A stretch of 64,000 bases of DNA. It comes from Syntrophomonadaceae bacterium. GTDB lineage: Bacteria > Bacillota > Dethiobacteria > DTU022. The stretch is from positions 70,036-134,035 of the forward strand of contig PWGD01000148.1 of assembly GCA_003554395.1 (NCBI GenBank), given 5' to 3'. Every line of letters starts with the position of its first letter. The stretch's first letter is position 1. The notes under the pieces are model-generated. The model did not search any database and was not told the origin of the DNA. It worked only from the letters and a program-made list of their open reading frames with translations. A program made the translations under genes and the position numbers. Below are positions 1 to 10,846 of the stretch, one piece after another.

Positions 1-258
1 CAGCAGGCCTGGCTCCCGATCAATAAAGTTGAAAACGTCTTTACGATCCCAAATATGGTTGCCCCCGGTTAATATATCAACCCCCAGATCCCTCAACTCA
101 TAATATATTTTTTCCGTTATTCCATTTCCTCCGGCCGCATTTTCTCCGTTTGCGATAATCAAATCATAATGATGCATATTGATCAATTTAGGCAGTATCT
201 TCTGCAAACAATCTCTTCCCGGTTTTCCAACGATATCACCGATAAATAAAAAACGCAT
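1..258 (-). CDS. ymdB: YmdB-family metallophosphoesterase (2',3'-cyclic-nucleotide phosphodiesterase), C-terminal part outside window
   Basis: Reverse-complement translation from the ATG at 258 gives MRFLFIGDIVGKPGRDCL...IANGENAAGGNGITEK...GGNHIWD. These are the metallophosphoesterase motifs of the YmdB/TIGR00282 family. It lies directly downstream of rny, as in B. subtilis rny-ymdB. Confidence 0.75.
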   Translation of the reverse strand, partial: MRFLFIGDIVGKPGRDCLQKILPKLINMHHYDLIIANGENAAGGNGITEKIYYELRDLGVDILTGGNHIWDRKDVFNFIDREPGLL

Positions 259-417
259 CGCATCCGCTCCATAAATTGAAATCTCATCTGGAAAACATAT
301 TCTTTCACACCTCGAAAGATTCCTGCCGGGTTAAAAAAAGAACCCCCCAAACTAGATAGGAGGGGACTTTTATGTTTTATTTAACATAGACCTCTAATAG
401 AACATGCCGGTCTTTAT

Positions 418-1968
418 TTACTTGGCGTAATCGACAGCTCTTGTTTCCCGGATTACTGTGACCTTAATCTGGCCCGGATATTCAAGCTCATTTTCCACTT
501 TTTTGACAATTTCCCTGGCTACTTTTATGGAAGAGTAGTCGTCAATTCGATCCGGTTTAACCATGATTCTAATTTCGCGTCCGGCGTGGATTGCATATGC
601 TTTATCAACGCCTTCAAATGAATCTGCGATATTTTCGAGTTTTTCAAGCCTTTTAATATATGCTTCCAGTGTTTCGCGCCTTGCTCCCGGGCGGACTGCA
701 GAAATGGCATCTGCAGACTGGATCAGAACAGCCTCCATGGTATGGAAATCAATATCTCCATGGTGGGCGCCAATGGCATTAATTACTGCCGGTGATTCCT
801 TATATTTTTTAGCCAGATCAGCGCCAATCTGGACATGAGAACCTTCTGTTTCATGATCAATAGCTTTACCGATGTCATGTAAGAGGCCGGCCCTTTTAGA
901 TAAATTAATATCGAGACCCAGTTCGGAAGCCATAATTCCGGCCAGATGAGATACTTCAATCGAGTGCTGCAAAACATTCTGACCATAGCTGGTCCGGTAA
1001 CGCAATTTGCCCAGCAGGGTAATCAGTTCCGGATGCAGTCCATGAATCTTGGTTTCAAAAGCAGCCCTTTCACCTTCTTCCTTGATTTGCGCATCAATTT
1101 CCTTCCTTGTTTTTTCAACTATTTCTTCAATCCTGGCCGGGTGGATACGTCCATCACTGACCAGTTTTTCCAGGGCAATCCGGGCTACTTCCCTCCTAAT
1201 GGGATCGAATCCGGATACAATAACGGCCTCAGGAGTATCATCAATAATCAGATCAATGCCGGTTAGTGTTTCCAGGGCCCTGATGTTTCGTCCTTCCCGG
1301 CCGATAATCCTACCTTTCATTTCATCATTGGGCAGGGAAACAACAGAAACCGTGGATTCAGTAACATGATCGGCGGCGCATCTCTGGATAGCCAGGGTTA
1401 CTATTTCCCTCGCCTTTTTATCTGCTTCTTCCTTGGCCTGATTTTCCATGTCTCTAACCATCATCGTAATCTCATGATCAATGTCTTCCCTTACTCTCTG
1501 CATCAGTAAATCTTTGGCCTCATCTGAAGTCATATTGGATATTTTTTCAAGTTCAGCCAGTTGATCCTGGTGAAGTTGCTGCAGTTTTTCTTCCGTTCTC
1601 CGGTTTTCTTCTTCTTTACTGCGGATTTCTTCTTCTTTTCGCTCAATATTACTGATTTTGCGATCAAAGCTTTCTTCTTTCTGAAGCAGTCGTCGCTCCA
1701 TCCGCTGTAGCTCTGAGCGCCTTTCCTTGCTCTCTTTCTCCAGCTCATTTCTTAAACGATGAGCTTCTTCCTTTGCTTCAAGTTCTTTTTCTCTTTTCAG
1801 AGCATGTGCTTCCTGGTTGGCTTCTTCAACGATACGTTTTGCCGCAGTCTCAGCGGAAGAAATCTTGGCTTCGGCAGATATTTTACGGATAAAATACCCT
1901 ACCCCGATTCCAACCAGCAGGGCGGCTGCAATTATCAAAACCGTATTCGGCACATTGATCACCTCCAT
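418..1968 (-). CDS. rny: Ribonuclease Y (N-terminal TM helix, coiled coil, KH domain, HD domain)
   Basis: 516 aa. N-terminal hydrophobic helix, a long charged coiled-coil, a KH motif ([12 protein letters not shown]) and an HD motif ([10 protein letters not shown]). GGAGGTG RBS upstream. Confidence 0.95.
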   Translation of the reverse strand: MEVINVPNTVLIIAAALLVGIGVGYFIRKISAEAKISSAETAAKRIVEEANQEAHALKREKELEAKEEAHRLRNELEKESKERRSELQRMERRLLQKEESFDRKISNIERKEEEIRSKEEENRRTEEKLQQLHQDQLAELEKISNMTSDEAKDLLMQRVREDIDHEITMMVRDMENQAKEEADKKAREIVTLAIQRCAADHVTESTVSVVSLPNDEMKGRIIGREGRNIRALETLTGIDLIIDDTPEAVIVSGFDPIRREVARIALEKLVSDGRIHPARIEEIVEKTRKEIDAQIKEEGERAAFETKIHGLHPELITLLGKLRYRTSYGQNVLQHSIEVSHLAGIMASELGLDINLSKRAGLLHDIGKAIDHETEGSHVQIGADLAKKYKESPAVINAIGAHHGDIDFHTMEAVLIQSADAISAVRPGARRETLEAYIKRLEKLENIADSFEGVDKAYAIHAGREIRIMVKPDRIDDYSSIKVAREIVKKVENELEYPGQIKVTVIRETRAVDYAK

Positions 1969-2024
1969 TTCTATGTTTTGAGCTCCGGTTGCATTGTTTC
2001 GTTTATTATTCCCTTAAAAAATAT

Positions 2025-2057
2025 AAGCTGTGTCCAGGACACAGCTTAAAGAGAAAG
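2025..2057 (-). terminator. Rho-independent terminator downstream of recX (minus-strand transcript)
   Basis: Inverted repeat AAGCTGTGT/ACACAGCTT (2035-2057) with a 5-nt loop. On the minus strand it is followed by AUAUUUUUU (plus 2025-2034). Confidence 0.5.
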
Positions 2058-2240
2058 GTCAGAAAAAGGTACATTTATTCCTCTTTCTGAAAATATGTTA
2101 TGCTTTTTTAATCTATCCACAGTGCTTTTAAGCACCAAGGCTTTCTCTTAACAGTTATGCACTGAACTTCTGACGTGCAACCATGTTTTCTTTTTTCTAC
2201 TACAATTTTAGCTTTTATTAAATATTATGTCAAGAATATA

Positions 2241-2729
2241 TTAATCTAAAAAACCAAAGTCTTTAAAAGCTTTTAAAATTAAATTTTCCTGAAAACCCCG
2301 CCGTTTTAAAAAAGCCGCTTCACGCCTGATAGCGCGTTCTTTTGCTTGTTCAGGTTCATTCAAAAAAGCTCTTTTTCGATGGCGCTGTTCTATAATCTCC
2401 TTAATCCGGATCAAATCATGATCCGGATCAAAATGCTCGGCAGTTTTTTGATCAATAAGGCCGTCGTCAATACCTTTCAGATACAATTCATAGCTTACTT
2501 TTCTGATTCCGTAGCCGCGCGATTTTCTGCTCAGTATAAAATCTTCGGCAAATTGCTCGTCATTAATATAACCATAACTTTCCATTTCTTTAATGACGGA
2601 TTCGCTCAGTGTTTGGGGAAATCCCTTCCTTTCCAGATATTCGGACACTTCTTTCCGGCTGCGGGCGCGATATGACAACAGCCGAAGGACCATGGTTCGC
2701 GCTTTCCTCAAAGCTTCATCCTCACTCAA
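2241..2729 (-). CDS. recX: Recombination regulator RecX
   Basis: 162 aa. Triple-helical RecX repeats (RLLSYRARSRKEVSEYLERKGF...). Immediately downstream of recA. Confidence 0.9.
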   Translation of the reverse strand: MSEDEALRKARTMVLRLLSYRARSRKEVSEYLERKGFPQTLSESVIKEMESYGYINDEQFAEDFILSRKSRGYGIRKVSYELYLKGIDDGLIDQKTAEHFDPDHDLIRIKEIIEQRHRKRAFLNEPEQAKERAIRREAAFLKRRGFQENLILKAFKDFGFLD

Positions 2730-2744
2730 CCGGTTTCAGCTCCG

Positions 2745-3830
2745 TTACGAATGGTTTTTTGAGTTCGGCCCGACTTTCTTATCCATCCCTGTTTTATTGT
2801 TTTCGTCATTTTTTGCTCCAGCATCCTCTACTTTGGGCCTGGATGGCCGCAATCCAGCCAGCTCACGGACTTTGGCTTCAATTTCCTGCTGAAGAGGTAG
2901 GTTTTCTATCAGGTAATCCCTCACATTTTCCCGGCCCTGGCCCAACCTTTCTTCACCGTACGAATACCAGGCTCCACTTTTGTTGATCACCTTGTGCTCG
3001 AGGCCCAGATCAATCAAAGATCCTTCCGCCGAAATGCCCTTGCCGTAAAGAATATCAAATTCAGCGACTTTAAATGGCGGAGCAACCTTATTTTTTACAA
3101 CTTTAACCTTGGTCCGGTTACCGATGATTTGATCGGAACCAATTTTCAGGGATTCGATCCTTCTAACTTCCATTCTGACAGAAGAATAAAACTTAAGGGC
3201 CCGGCCACCGGGCGTTACCTCGGGGTTGCCAAACATAACGCCTACCTTTTCCCTGATCTGATTGATAAAGACAGCGCTGGTTCTGGATTTACTGATCACT
3301 CCGGATAATTTACGCAAAGCCTGAGACATCAACCTGGCCTGCAGGCCTACGTGAGAATCCCCCATCTCCCCTTCAATTTCAGCCCGGGGCACCAGGGCCG
3401 CCACCGAGTCGATAACGAGAACATCTATGGCGCCGCTCCGAACCAGAGCCTCTGCTATTTCCAGGGCCTGCTCGCCGGTATCGGGTTGTGAAACCAGCAG
3501 TTCATCAAGATTTACCCCCAGATTAGTGGCATACTGCGGGTCCAGAGCATGCTCGGCATCAATAAATGCCGCAAAACCGCCCCGTTTTTGAGCTTCGGCA
3601 ATGATGTGCAGCGCCACGGTAGTCTTACCTGAAGACTCGGGACCATAAATTTCCACTACTCTGCCCCTGGGAACGCCCCCCACTCCTAGAGCCGCATCTA
3701 TGGCCAGGCAACCGGTAGGAATAACTGCCACTTCTGCAATGGCATCCTGCCCCAGCTTCATGATGGAACCTTTGCCGAATTGTTTTTCAATTTGCAGCAG
3801 GGCCGATTCTAAAGCCTTCTCTTTTTCCAA
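2745..3830 (-). CDS. recA: Recombinase RecA
   Basis: 361 aa. Walker [10 protein letters not shown] and RecA loop motifs. Very highly conserved. Confidence 0.98.
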   Translation of the reverse strand: MEKEKALESALLQIEKQFGKGSIMKLGQDAIAEVAVIPTGCLAIDAALGVGGVPRGRVVEIYGPESSGKTTVALHIIAEAQKRGGFAAFIDAEHALDPQYATNLGVNLDELLVSQPDTGEQALEIAEALVRSGAIDVLVIDSVAALVPRAEIEGEMGDSHVGLQARLMSQALRKLSGVISKSRTSAVFINQIREKVGVMFGNPEVTPGGRALKFYSSVRMEVRRIESLKIGSDQIIGNRTKVKVVKNKVAPPFKVAEFDILYGKGISAEGSLIDLGLEHKVINKSGAWYSYGEERLGQGRENVRDYLIENLPLQQEIEAKVRELAGLRPSRPKVEDAGAKNDENNKTGMDKKVGPNSKNHS

Positions 3831-4003
3831 TTTATAATAACCTCCTTAGCTGGTCTTCCTTTAATGATCATTAATTCTGTTTTAAAACCGCTTTTCCTGC
3901 CAGGTATTTCGTTAAAATATATAATAATATTGTTTAACTAACAATTTTTATATCATATGTAAAATGTTTCTCCCTCTTTTTCCCAGGCCTGCATTACCTG
4001 GAC

Positions 4004-4645
4004 TTAAGAGGGGAATATAGCTTTATAAAGGACGCTGTAGTTCGCTCCCCGGGAAGAAAGCCGGCTTTCAAAGAGGGTGGCGTATTCTATAGTATGAGCA
4101 GTTGTTGTAAATGAGCTTTCCCGGCTTAAATACCTTTTAACTGCAGCTTCTGAAAGAGAGTTTCGAACTCTGCCTATAGTAAGATGGGGTTTAAAGCTTC
4201 TCTTTTCAGGCTCAAAACCGGCCCCGGACAACTCATGATCAACCTTGCCGGCCAGCTCACGAGCTTCCCTGTCACCTTTCCTGAGGCCGATCCAAACAAT
4301 CCGTGTTTTGTGGGGTGAAGGGAATACCCCGCTTTTGCCGTAGATAATATCAAATTTTTTAATGCTGGAAACAGCATCATCCATGGCCTGTTTGATCTGA
4401 TCAATCCGGCCGGATTCAGTTTCACCCAGAAATTTTAGGGTAAGATGTAATCCTTCCGGTTTCACCCAGCGGACTCCATCAAGGTAATTTTTTATTTTTT
4501 CCTGGAAGGTGTTAACTTCTTTTTTTTGCTGCTCGGAAAGCTCCAGCGCGATGAACAACCTGGCCAAAATTTTAAAACCCCCTGTTGTATTTAAGGTTAA
4601 AACCGAACCACCCTGCCGGTAAGAAAGCTCGATCAATGGCTGCAA
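4004..4645 (-). CDS. thpR: RNA 2',3'-cyclic phosphodiesterase (2H phosphoesterase, LigT/ThpR family)
   Basis: Two H-x-T-x motifs (HLTLKFLG, HLTIGRV). The true start is probably an internal TTG near 4555 (ARLFIALEL...) preceded by AGGGGG. The first ~30 aa of the listed ORF look like read-through extension. Confidence 0.8.
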   Translation of the reverse strand: MQPLIELSYRQGGSVLTLNTTGGFKILARLFIALELSEQQKKEVNTFQEKIKNYLDGVRWVKPEGLHLTLKFLGETESGRIDQIKQAMDDAVSSIKKFDIIYGKSGVFPSPHKTRIVWIGLRKGDREARELAGKVDHELSGAGFEPEKRSFKPHLTIGRVRNSLSEAAVKRYLSRESSFTTTAHTIEYATLFESRLSSRGANYSVLYKAIFPS

Positions 4646-4663
4646 ATCCGGTCTGACTATTGA

Positions 4664-5911
4664 TCATCCTTTATTTGTGCTGGAATCCAACACCTCTCTT
4701 CTGATTATATCCAGGGCCATTTGAGCTGTCCTTTCCTTGACAGCTCTTCTGCCTCCACCCAGGTTTAATTTTTTACAGTAGCATTCCCGGGCATTAGCCA
4801 GGGCAATATAAACCAGTCCAACCGGTTTTTGCGCAGAACCGCCGTCCGGGCCGGCAATTCCGGTTATCCCTACCGCCAAATCTGTATGAAATAAAGCCCG
4901 GGCAGCCTTAGCCATCGCTATGGCAACCGCCTGGCTGACCTGTCCCTCTTTTTCGAGAAGCTCCTTTCTAAGGCCAAGGTTGCCAATTTTCACTTCCCCG
5001 CTGTATGCGATCATGGCGCCCTTGTAAAAAACAGAACTGCCCGGTATATCAGTAACCATGCTCGATAACAGCCCCCCGCTGCATGATTCCGCCAGGGACA
5101 GGGAAAGGTTATGATTGGTTAACAATTCGGCTACTTTCCCGGCCAGGGTATCATCATTACTGCCATATATGTAATCTCCCAACAATTCTGTAAGCCTGTT
5201 TTCAGCTTTTTCAATGGCAGCGGCTGCCTCTACGGCATTTCCTTTCCCTTTAATCTGCAGGTGAACTTCATAGCCTTTGGCCACATAAGAAATTGGGGGC
5301 AGATCCCAATCTCCTAACGCTTTTATTTTATCTTCCAGGGTTGACTCGCCAATGCCGCAGCATTTAAGGGTTTTTAATCTGCTCAAATTCCCCCGGTTAA
5401 ACTCTTTTAAAAAAGGGCCTACCGAGCGGTCAAAAATTGGCTTTAGCTCGTTGGGTGGTCCTGGAAGCATAACTATTAATCTGCCATCCCGTTCAAAGAT
5501 AGCGCCAGGCGCTGTTCCGCCTTGGTTTTCAATCAAAGTGGCCCCCTCTATGAGCAGGGCCTGCTTACGATTATTCTCAGGCATCTTCAGGCCGCGCTTG
5601 TTAAAAAAACCTTCCAGCTTTTTTAACCAGTTTTTATCCAGGACCAGCTTCAAGCCCAATGTATTGGCAACTGCTTCCCTGGTTATATCATCATCGGTGG
5701 GCCCCAGCCCACCGGTAAAAATAATTATTTCGCTTCTAGCAAAAGCTCTCTGCAACGCGTTGCTAATTGTTTCCATATCATCTGCCACCACAACTGACTC
5801 ACGAACTTCGATTCCCAATGACCACAGTCTCCTGGCCAAAAAACCGGCATTGCTGTTTTCGATCAGCCCGGTCAGCAGTTCATTGCCTATACAAATCAAA
5901 TCGGCTTGCAA
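4664..5911 (-). CDS. cinA: Competence/damage-inducible protein CinA (MoCF-binding + CinA C-terminal domains)
   Basis: 415 aa. N-terminus MQADLICIGNELLTGLIENSNAGFL is typical of CinA. Synteny cinA-recA. Confidence 0.9.
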   Translation of the reverse strand: MQADLICIGNELLTGLIENSNAGFLARRLWSLGIEVRESVVVADDMETISNALQRAFARSEIIIFTGGLGPTDDDITREAVANTLGLKLVLDKNWLKKLEGFFNKRGLKMPENNRKQALLIEGATLIENQGGTAPGAIFERDGRLIVMLPGPPNELKPIFDRSVGPFLKEFNRGNLSRLKTLKCCGIGESTLEDKIKALGDWDLPPISYVAKGYEVHLQIKGKGNAVEAAAAIEKAENRLTELLGDYIYGSNDDTLAGKVAELLTNHNLSLSLAESCSGGLLSSMVTDIPGSSVFYKGAMIAYSGEVKIGNLGLRKELLEKEGQVSQAVAIAMAKAARALFHTDLAVGITGIAGPDGGSAQKPVGLVYIALANARECYCKKLNLGGGRRAVKERTAQMALDIIRREVLDSSTNKG

Positions 5912-5940
5912 TTTAATTCACCCCTTACAGGATGCTTAAT

Positions 5941-7281
5941 TTACCAGGGCATTCGATCGACAGGAACCGGGTTAACCGCCAGCAGGTTGTAGGGCCCGGC
6001 AGCCTTAATTTCTGCCGAAACCCAGGAACCTGGTTCCGGGCAGAAACGGGAACGGAAATATACTGACCCGTCAACTTCCGGGGCCTGATATTCGGTTCGG
6101 CCATAATACCATCTTGGTCCTATCCGGCTTACTCCTTCAACTAAAATTGGCAGCCGCATTCCCAGGTATTTTTGATTGGTGAGGAGGGCAATTTTTTTTT
6201 GCCGGATCATTAATTCCTTATAGCGCCTCCCGGCGACCCGGGCCGGAACCTGTTGATCCGGAGTGCCGGCGAAAGTATTTTCCTGGTGGCAATAAGTGAA
6301 GGCGCCTAGATTTTCAAAAGGATACTCTTCAATAAAATTAAGCAGATCCAAAAACTGCCTCCTGGTTTCTCCAGGATGCCCGACCATCACGGTGGTGCGC
6401 AGGACCAGATCCGGAATTCTAAAGCGCAGCTTATCGAATAATGCCGTTAAATTTTGCCGCCTGTATAACCTGCCCATCCGCTCTAAAATGTGGTCACTGC
6501 TGTGCTGAATAGGAACATCCAGATAATTGCAAATCCTGTTTTCTTCCCGGATCAGATCAATTAATTGATCAGTTATCCTTGAAGGGTAAGTGTACATGAT
6601 CCTGAGCCGAAAATTATAGTCCAGCTCCAGGATCCGTTTCAGCAAACCGCACAGATCAGGATAGGCTTCGCTATCGGTGCCGTATGCTGTGGTGTCCTGG
6701 GCAAGAATATTGATTTCAAAGGCGCCCTGTTCAAGCAAATCTTTTATTTCAAGAGCGATTTCTTCAGGATCCCTGCTCCGGTACGGGCCCCTTATCTCCG
6801 GTATCATGCAGTAATGGCAGCGATTATTGCAACCCTCCGCTATTTTGACAGAAGCGCTGTAGATAGGAGTTGTCAGGACCCGGGGAGAAAGGGAACTGTA
6901 GGTTTTCGGGGGGCTGTTTTTTAGAACCGGGCCTTCACCGGCGAAAAGTTTTTCCATGAATTGATCCAGGTCCCGATAGCTATGGACCCCGATTGCTCCA
7001 TCCAACTCCGGAATGTTTTTTAATATTTTGTCGCCAAATACTTCAACCAGGCAGCCGGCGGCAACTATTTTCGGTTTATTTTGACGGGTTGCTTCGATCA
7101 TGTCAAGGAGGGTATTTATTGATTCCTGCTGGGCCTGTTCTATGAAACCGCAGGTATTGATAAAAATGACATCAGCAGAGTTATAGTGGTCGGTCAGGAT
7201 ATAGCCCTGGCGGGCAAGATAACCCAGAATTTCTTCTGTATCAATCCTGTTTTTTGAGCAGCCGAGCGAAACTGCGGCCAC
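5941..7281 (-). CDS. rimO: Ribosomal protein S12 methylthiotransferase RimO (radical SAM MTTase with TRAM domain)
   Basis: N-terminal MTTase cysteines (SLGCSKN..NTCGF), radical SAM CNNRCHYC, C-terminal TRAM. GTG start. Confidence 0.85.
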   Translation of the reverse strand: MAAVSLGCSKNRIDTEEILGYLARQGYILTDHYNSADVIFINTCGFIEQAQQESINTLLDMIEATRQNKPKIVAAGCLVEVFGDKILKNIPELDGAIGVHSYRDLDQFMEKLFAGEGPVLKNSPPKTYSSLSPRVLTTPIYSASVKIAEGCNNRCHYCMIPEIRGPYRSRDPEEIALEIKDLLEQGAFEINILAQDTTAYGTDSEAYPDLCGLLKRILELDYNFRLRIMYTYPSRITDQLIDLIREENRICNYLDVPIQHSSDHILERMGRLYRRQNLTALFDKLRFRIPDLVLRTTVMVGHPGETRRQFLDLLNFIEEYPFENLGAFTYCHQENTFAGTPDQQVPARVAGRRYKELMIRQKKIALLTNQKYLGMRLPILVEGVSRIGPRWYYGRTEYQAPEVDGSVYFRSRFCPEPGSWVSAEIKAAGPYNLLAVNPVPVDRMPW

Positions 7282-7397
7282 TTTGATTTCGGTGGGGTTG
7301 TTAATCCCTTTATCTCTAATGGCAGGGCCCTGCTTTCAATTAAAATGTTCATATACTCCATTTGACTGGCAAAAGCTGCGGAAACTGAATCATTTAA

Positions 7398-9719
7398 TCA
7401 TTCAGGTTCCTGCTTGAAGGCCTCGCAAATTTTTGCCGCCTGCTCGGGAGTAACCAGGATTTCCCTGGGTTTGCTTCCCTCGAACTGCCCGACAACTCCC
7501 CTTCGTTCCAGATCATCGATCAGGCGGGCAGCCCTGGTATAGCCAATCCTAAACCTTCTCTGCAGGAGCGATATTGAAGCCTGTCCGGTCCGGACCACCA
7601 GGTCAACCGCTTCCCCAAACAGGGCATCGGTTTCTTCCTCTTCAACTTCATCGGGTGTTTCAAGAAAACTACTGCCGTTTTCCTGATCGACCAAACCCTG
7701 CTCTTTAATAAAGTCAGTAACTTTTTTGACTTCTTCTTCAGTGATGAAAGCGCCCTGAACCCGAAAAGGTTTGACTGCACCAACCGGGTAAAAGAGCATG
7801 TCTCCGCGACCGAGCAGTTTTTCCGCCCCGGCCATGTCCAGGATAGTCCGCGAATCAAACTGGGAGGACACTGTGAAGGCAATCCTGGAAGTTATATTAG
7901 CTTTAATAATGCCGGTCAGGACATCAACTGAGGGCCTCTGGGTCGCTACAATCAAATGAATTCCGGCCGCCCTTGACATCTGGGCCAGGCGGGCAATGGC
8001 ATCTTCTACCTCTCCCGGTGAAACATGCATCAGATCGGCCAGTTCATCTATCATAACCACAATAAAGGGCAGATTTTCCAAATCATGATCTTTGGCCGCC
8101 ATTTCATTGTATGTGCCAATATCACGGACTCCCAAACGGGCAAAAAGCTCATAACGCCTCCCCATTTCCCGGACCATGTTCCTTAAAGCCAGCGAAGCTT
8201 TGCGCGGATCTGTCAAAACAGGCATCAGGAGATGCGGAATCCCATTATATGCGCTCAATTCAACCACTTTCGGGTCGATCATCATAAAACGGAGCTGCTC
8301 CGGATGCGCTTTATATAGAATACTCGTAATCAAGGCATTCAAACAGACGCTTTTTCCGGCCCCGGTAGCACCGGCGATTAAAAGATGCGGCATTTTGGCC
8401 AGGTCCGCTATCACCGGCACCCCGGTTATATCCTTGCCCAAACCAATAGTCAGCGGAGAAGCACTTTTCTTAAAATTGCTTTCTTCAATAACTTCCCTGA
8501 TATGAACAAGTGATATGACGTTGTTGGGCACCTCTATACCCAGCGCCGCCTTGCCGGGGATGGGAGCCTCAATTCTGACCAGGGAAGCAGCCAGGTTCAG
8601 GGCCAGGTCATCGGAAAGCCCAATAATTTTACTGACCTTGACCCCCGCTTCCGGCTGAACTTCGAAACGGGTAACCGTCGGTCCGGCCTGGACATGGGTT
8701 ACTTTGGCCTGCACTCCAAAATTTTGGAGGGGGTTTTCCAGTTTACGGGCCCTTTCCCTGCTGCTCTTTAACTGTTGATCGCCGTTGGAACGCGGCATTG
8801 ACAGCAAATCCGGGGTAGGGAAAATATAGTCGGAAAAAGATTTTCCTTTTTTGCTGACTACAACCGGAAGACCTGTTTTGGGCTCCTTATTTAAGGTTGT
8901 TTCAGCAATGTTTAACTGCCTTTCTTCCTGGTAACTGCCGGCTTCCACGGTAGGGGCCTCTGGCGAGGGTTCATTCCAGACCTGGACAGAAGGAGTGGAA
9001 GCTTCTTGCGGGTCCATTTCAGGGGTAGTTTCAAGCGCTTTTTGTTCAGCGGCAAATTTTCTCTTTTCGGCGGTCTCTTTAATTTTATGCTTGGAGCCCG
9101 CTACACCCTTATTAATAAGTTCTGATAAGCTCCGAAACAGCTTTGCAAGCAGCTCATAAAGCCACTCCAGGAACTGCAGAAAAATATTTAGGAGGCGATT
9201 GATGGAAACATTAAGCACCAGCAAAGCAGAAATCAGGGCCAGGGCTATAAGCAAAATACGGCTGCCGGTTATGCCAACCGAAAAATAAAGGGCCACTGCA
9301 AAGGCGGCTCCGATAGCTCCGCCGCCTTCTCCCTGCAATCCGGGCCTGAAACTTTCGATTAGAAGATTATTATCCGGCAGGTATGGCATCCTGCCGATCA
9401 TAAATTGGAGATGAATCCAAACCATGGCCAGAATAGAAAAGAGCACTACTCCGAGTATCCTCGACTTGAAGTTGAATCTTTCGCCGGGAAGAATTAAACG
9501 TAAACCCAGAATGCCGATAAAGAAAGGCACCACAAAGGCTGCCTCGCCGGCCAGGGTTCTTAAAACAGTATTGATGGCCAGGCCAACCCCGCCGGTTTGA
9601 TCAGTTTGCGCCAGGCCGACATAGCAAAAAACAGCCAGCGCAACCAGGAGGATGCCTTTGATCTGGTTTTGCATCTCTGTTTTGGAGCGCCTTCTGCGTT
9701 TCTTGGCCAAAAAAACCAA
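7398..9719 (-). CDS. ftsK: DNA translocase FtsK/SpoIIIE
   Basis: 773 aa. Four N-terminal TM helices, a proline/charged linker, Walker A GATGAGKS, and a winged-helix gamma domain at the C-terminus. Confidence 0.95.
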   Translation of the reverse strand: MVFLAKKRRRRSKTEMQNQIKGILLVALAVFCYVGLAQTDQTGGVGLAINTVLRTLAGEAAFVVPFFIGILGLRLILPGERFNFKSRILGVVLFSILAMVWIHLQFMIGRMPYLPDNNLLIESFRPGLQGEGGGAIGAAFAVALYFSVGITGSRILLIALALISALLVLNVSINRLLNIFLQFLEWLYELLAKLFRSLSELINKGVAGSKHKIKETAEKRKFAAEQKALETTPEMDPQEASTPSVQVWNEPSPEAPTVEAGSYQEERQLNIAETTLNKEPKTGLPVVVSKKGKSFSDYIFPTPDLLSMPRSNGDQQLKSSRERARKLENPLQNFGVQAKVTHVQAGPTVTRFEVQPEAGVKVSKIIGLSDDLALNLAASLVRIEAPIPGKAALGIEVPNNVISLVHIREVIEESNFKKSASPLTIGLGKDITGVPVIADLAKMPHLLIAGATGAGKSVCLNALITSILYKAHPEQLRFMMIDPKVVELSAYNGIPHLLMPVLTDPRKASLALRNMVREMGRRYELFARLGVRDIGTYNEMAAKDHDLENLPFIVVMIDELADLMHVSPGEVEDAIARLAQMSRAAGIHLIVATQRPSVDVLTGIIKANITSRIAFTVSSQFDSRTILDMAGAEKLLGRGDMLFYPVGAVKPFRVQGAFITEEEVKKVTDFIKEQGLVDQENGSSFLETPDEVEEEETDALFGEAVDLVVRTGQASISLLQRRFRIGYTRAARLIDDLERRGVVGQFEGSKPREILVTPEQAAKICEAFKQEPE

Positions 9720-9818
9720 CCACCTTGATAAATAATACCAGTTTGTCGGCTACAGTGCATTATAAAACACTTGTTCGAGAAAGTAAAGTTCTCAAAACGA
9801 GCGCGAACAATTTTGTTC

Positions 9819-10712
9819 CTAATTATTATGGCCGGTTAAAACAGTCATGCCTTTATGCTGAATAGTAAAATGCATCTTATCGCCATATAAAATTTCGCCT
9901 TCCATATGCAGGTAGCGCGGTTCGTCCAAATCTAACTTCACTTCCCTGGTTCTGTACATGGCTGCCTGTTCAATATTTTTAAGTTTCCCGAAAAATACCT
10001 TTGGGAAATGATAAATAAGACTCGGGCGGCTTAAGCTGTCACTTAAAATACAGACATCAAAAAACCCGTCATCCAGGATAGCGTCAGGAACTATCTTCAT
10101 CCCACCTCCATAAGCCTGCCCAATTCCAACCGCCACCAGCAAAGGTTTGACTTTTATTGGGCCGTTTCCGGTATCTATAACTGCCTCCACTGAACGGTAC
10201 GAGAATAAGGTTTCGAAAAAAGCATAGGTATAAGCTGACACGCCCTTGAAGTATTTGATGCCGTTATTAACCCGGTGCGCAACAGCAGCATCAAAACCGA
10301 CTCCGACAGAATTGATGAAATACCGATCCAAGACCCTGCCTAAATCAATTTTCCGGGTTTGGGCAGCCAAAAGGGACAGACAGGCAGGCTCAATCTGACG
10401 AGGCATCCCCACAGCTGTTGCAAAATCATTACCCTTGCCGCCATGGATGGTCGCAAGAATAGCATCGGTACCGACAATCCCATTCAAGACTTCATTAACA
10501 GTGCCATCTCCCCCGATGGCAACTATGACCTCGAAACCGTCTCCGGCCGCTTTAGCAGCAGCTTCAATACCGTCGCTTTTTCCCCGGGTCCGGTAAATTT
10601 CATATTCAACGCCTTTGGTCCTGAATATCTTTTCTATGACCGGAACCAATGATTTTGCTTTCCCGTTTCCGGCAATCGGGTTAACTATTAATTTGTAGCT
10701 TTTCAACTGCAT
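9819..10712 (-). CDS. Diacylglycerol kinase family lipid kinase (YegS/DagK-like)
   Basis: 297 aa. GGDGTVNEV and nearby motifs of the DAGK catalytic-domain family. Confidence 0.85.
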   Translation of the reverse strand: MQLKSYKLIVNPIAGNGKAKSLVPVIEKIFRTKGVEYEIYRTRGKSDGIEAAAKAAGDGFEVIVAIGGDGTVNEVLNGIVGTDAILATIHGGKGNDFATAVGMPRQIEPACLSLLAAQTRKIDLGRVLDRYFINSVGVGFDAAVAHRVNNGIKYFKGVSAYTYAFFETLFSYRSVEAVIDTGNGPIKVKPLLVAVGIGQAYGGGMKIVPDAILDDGFFDVCILSDSLSRPSLIYHFPKVFFGKLKNIEQAAMYRTREVKLDLDEPRYLHMEGEILYGDKMHFTIQHKGMTVLTGHNN

Positions 10713-10846
10713 TTCTTCCTTTCATCAGCCGTATTTTCTTGAACAACTACAGTAATCAACCCGGCCCCCACCTACTCAGCAGGGCTGCCCGGTCAAGGCA
10801 GCCCCGCCTGTATATTATATCCTTTTATCCAAGATCAAGCTCACCT

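Noticed and set aside
4174-4425. 83-aa internal ORF in another frame of the ligT/thpR gene
   Set aside because: Nested inside a well-supported 2H-phosphoesterase gene, with no independent signals.
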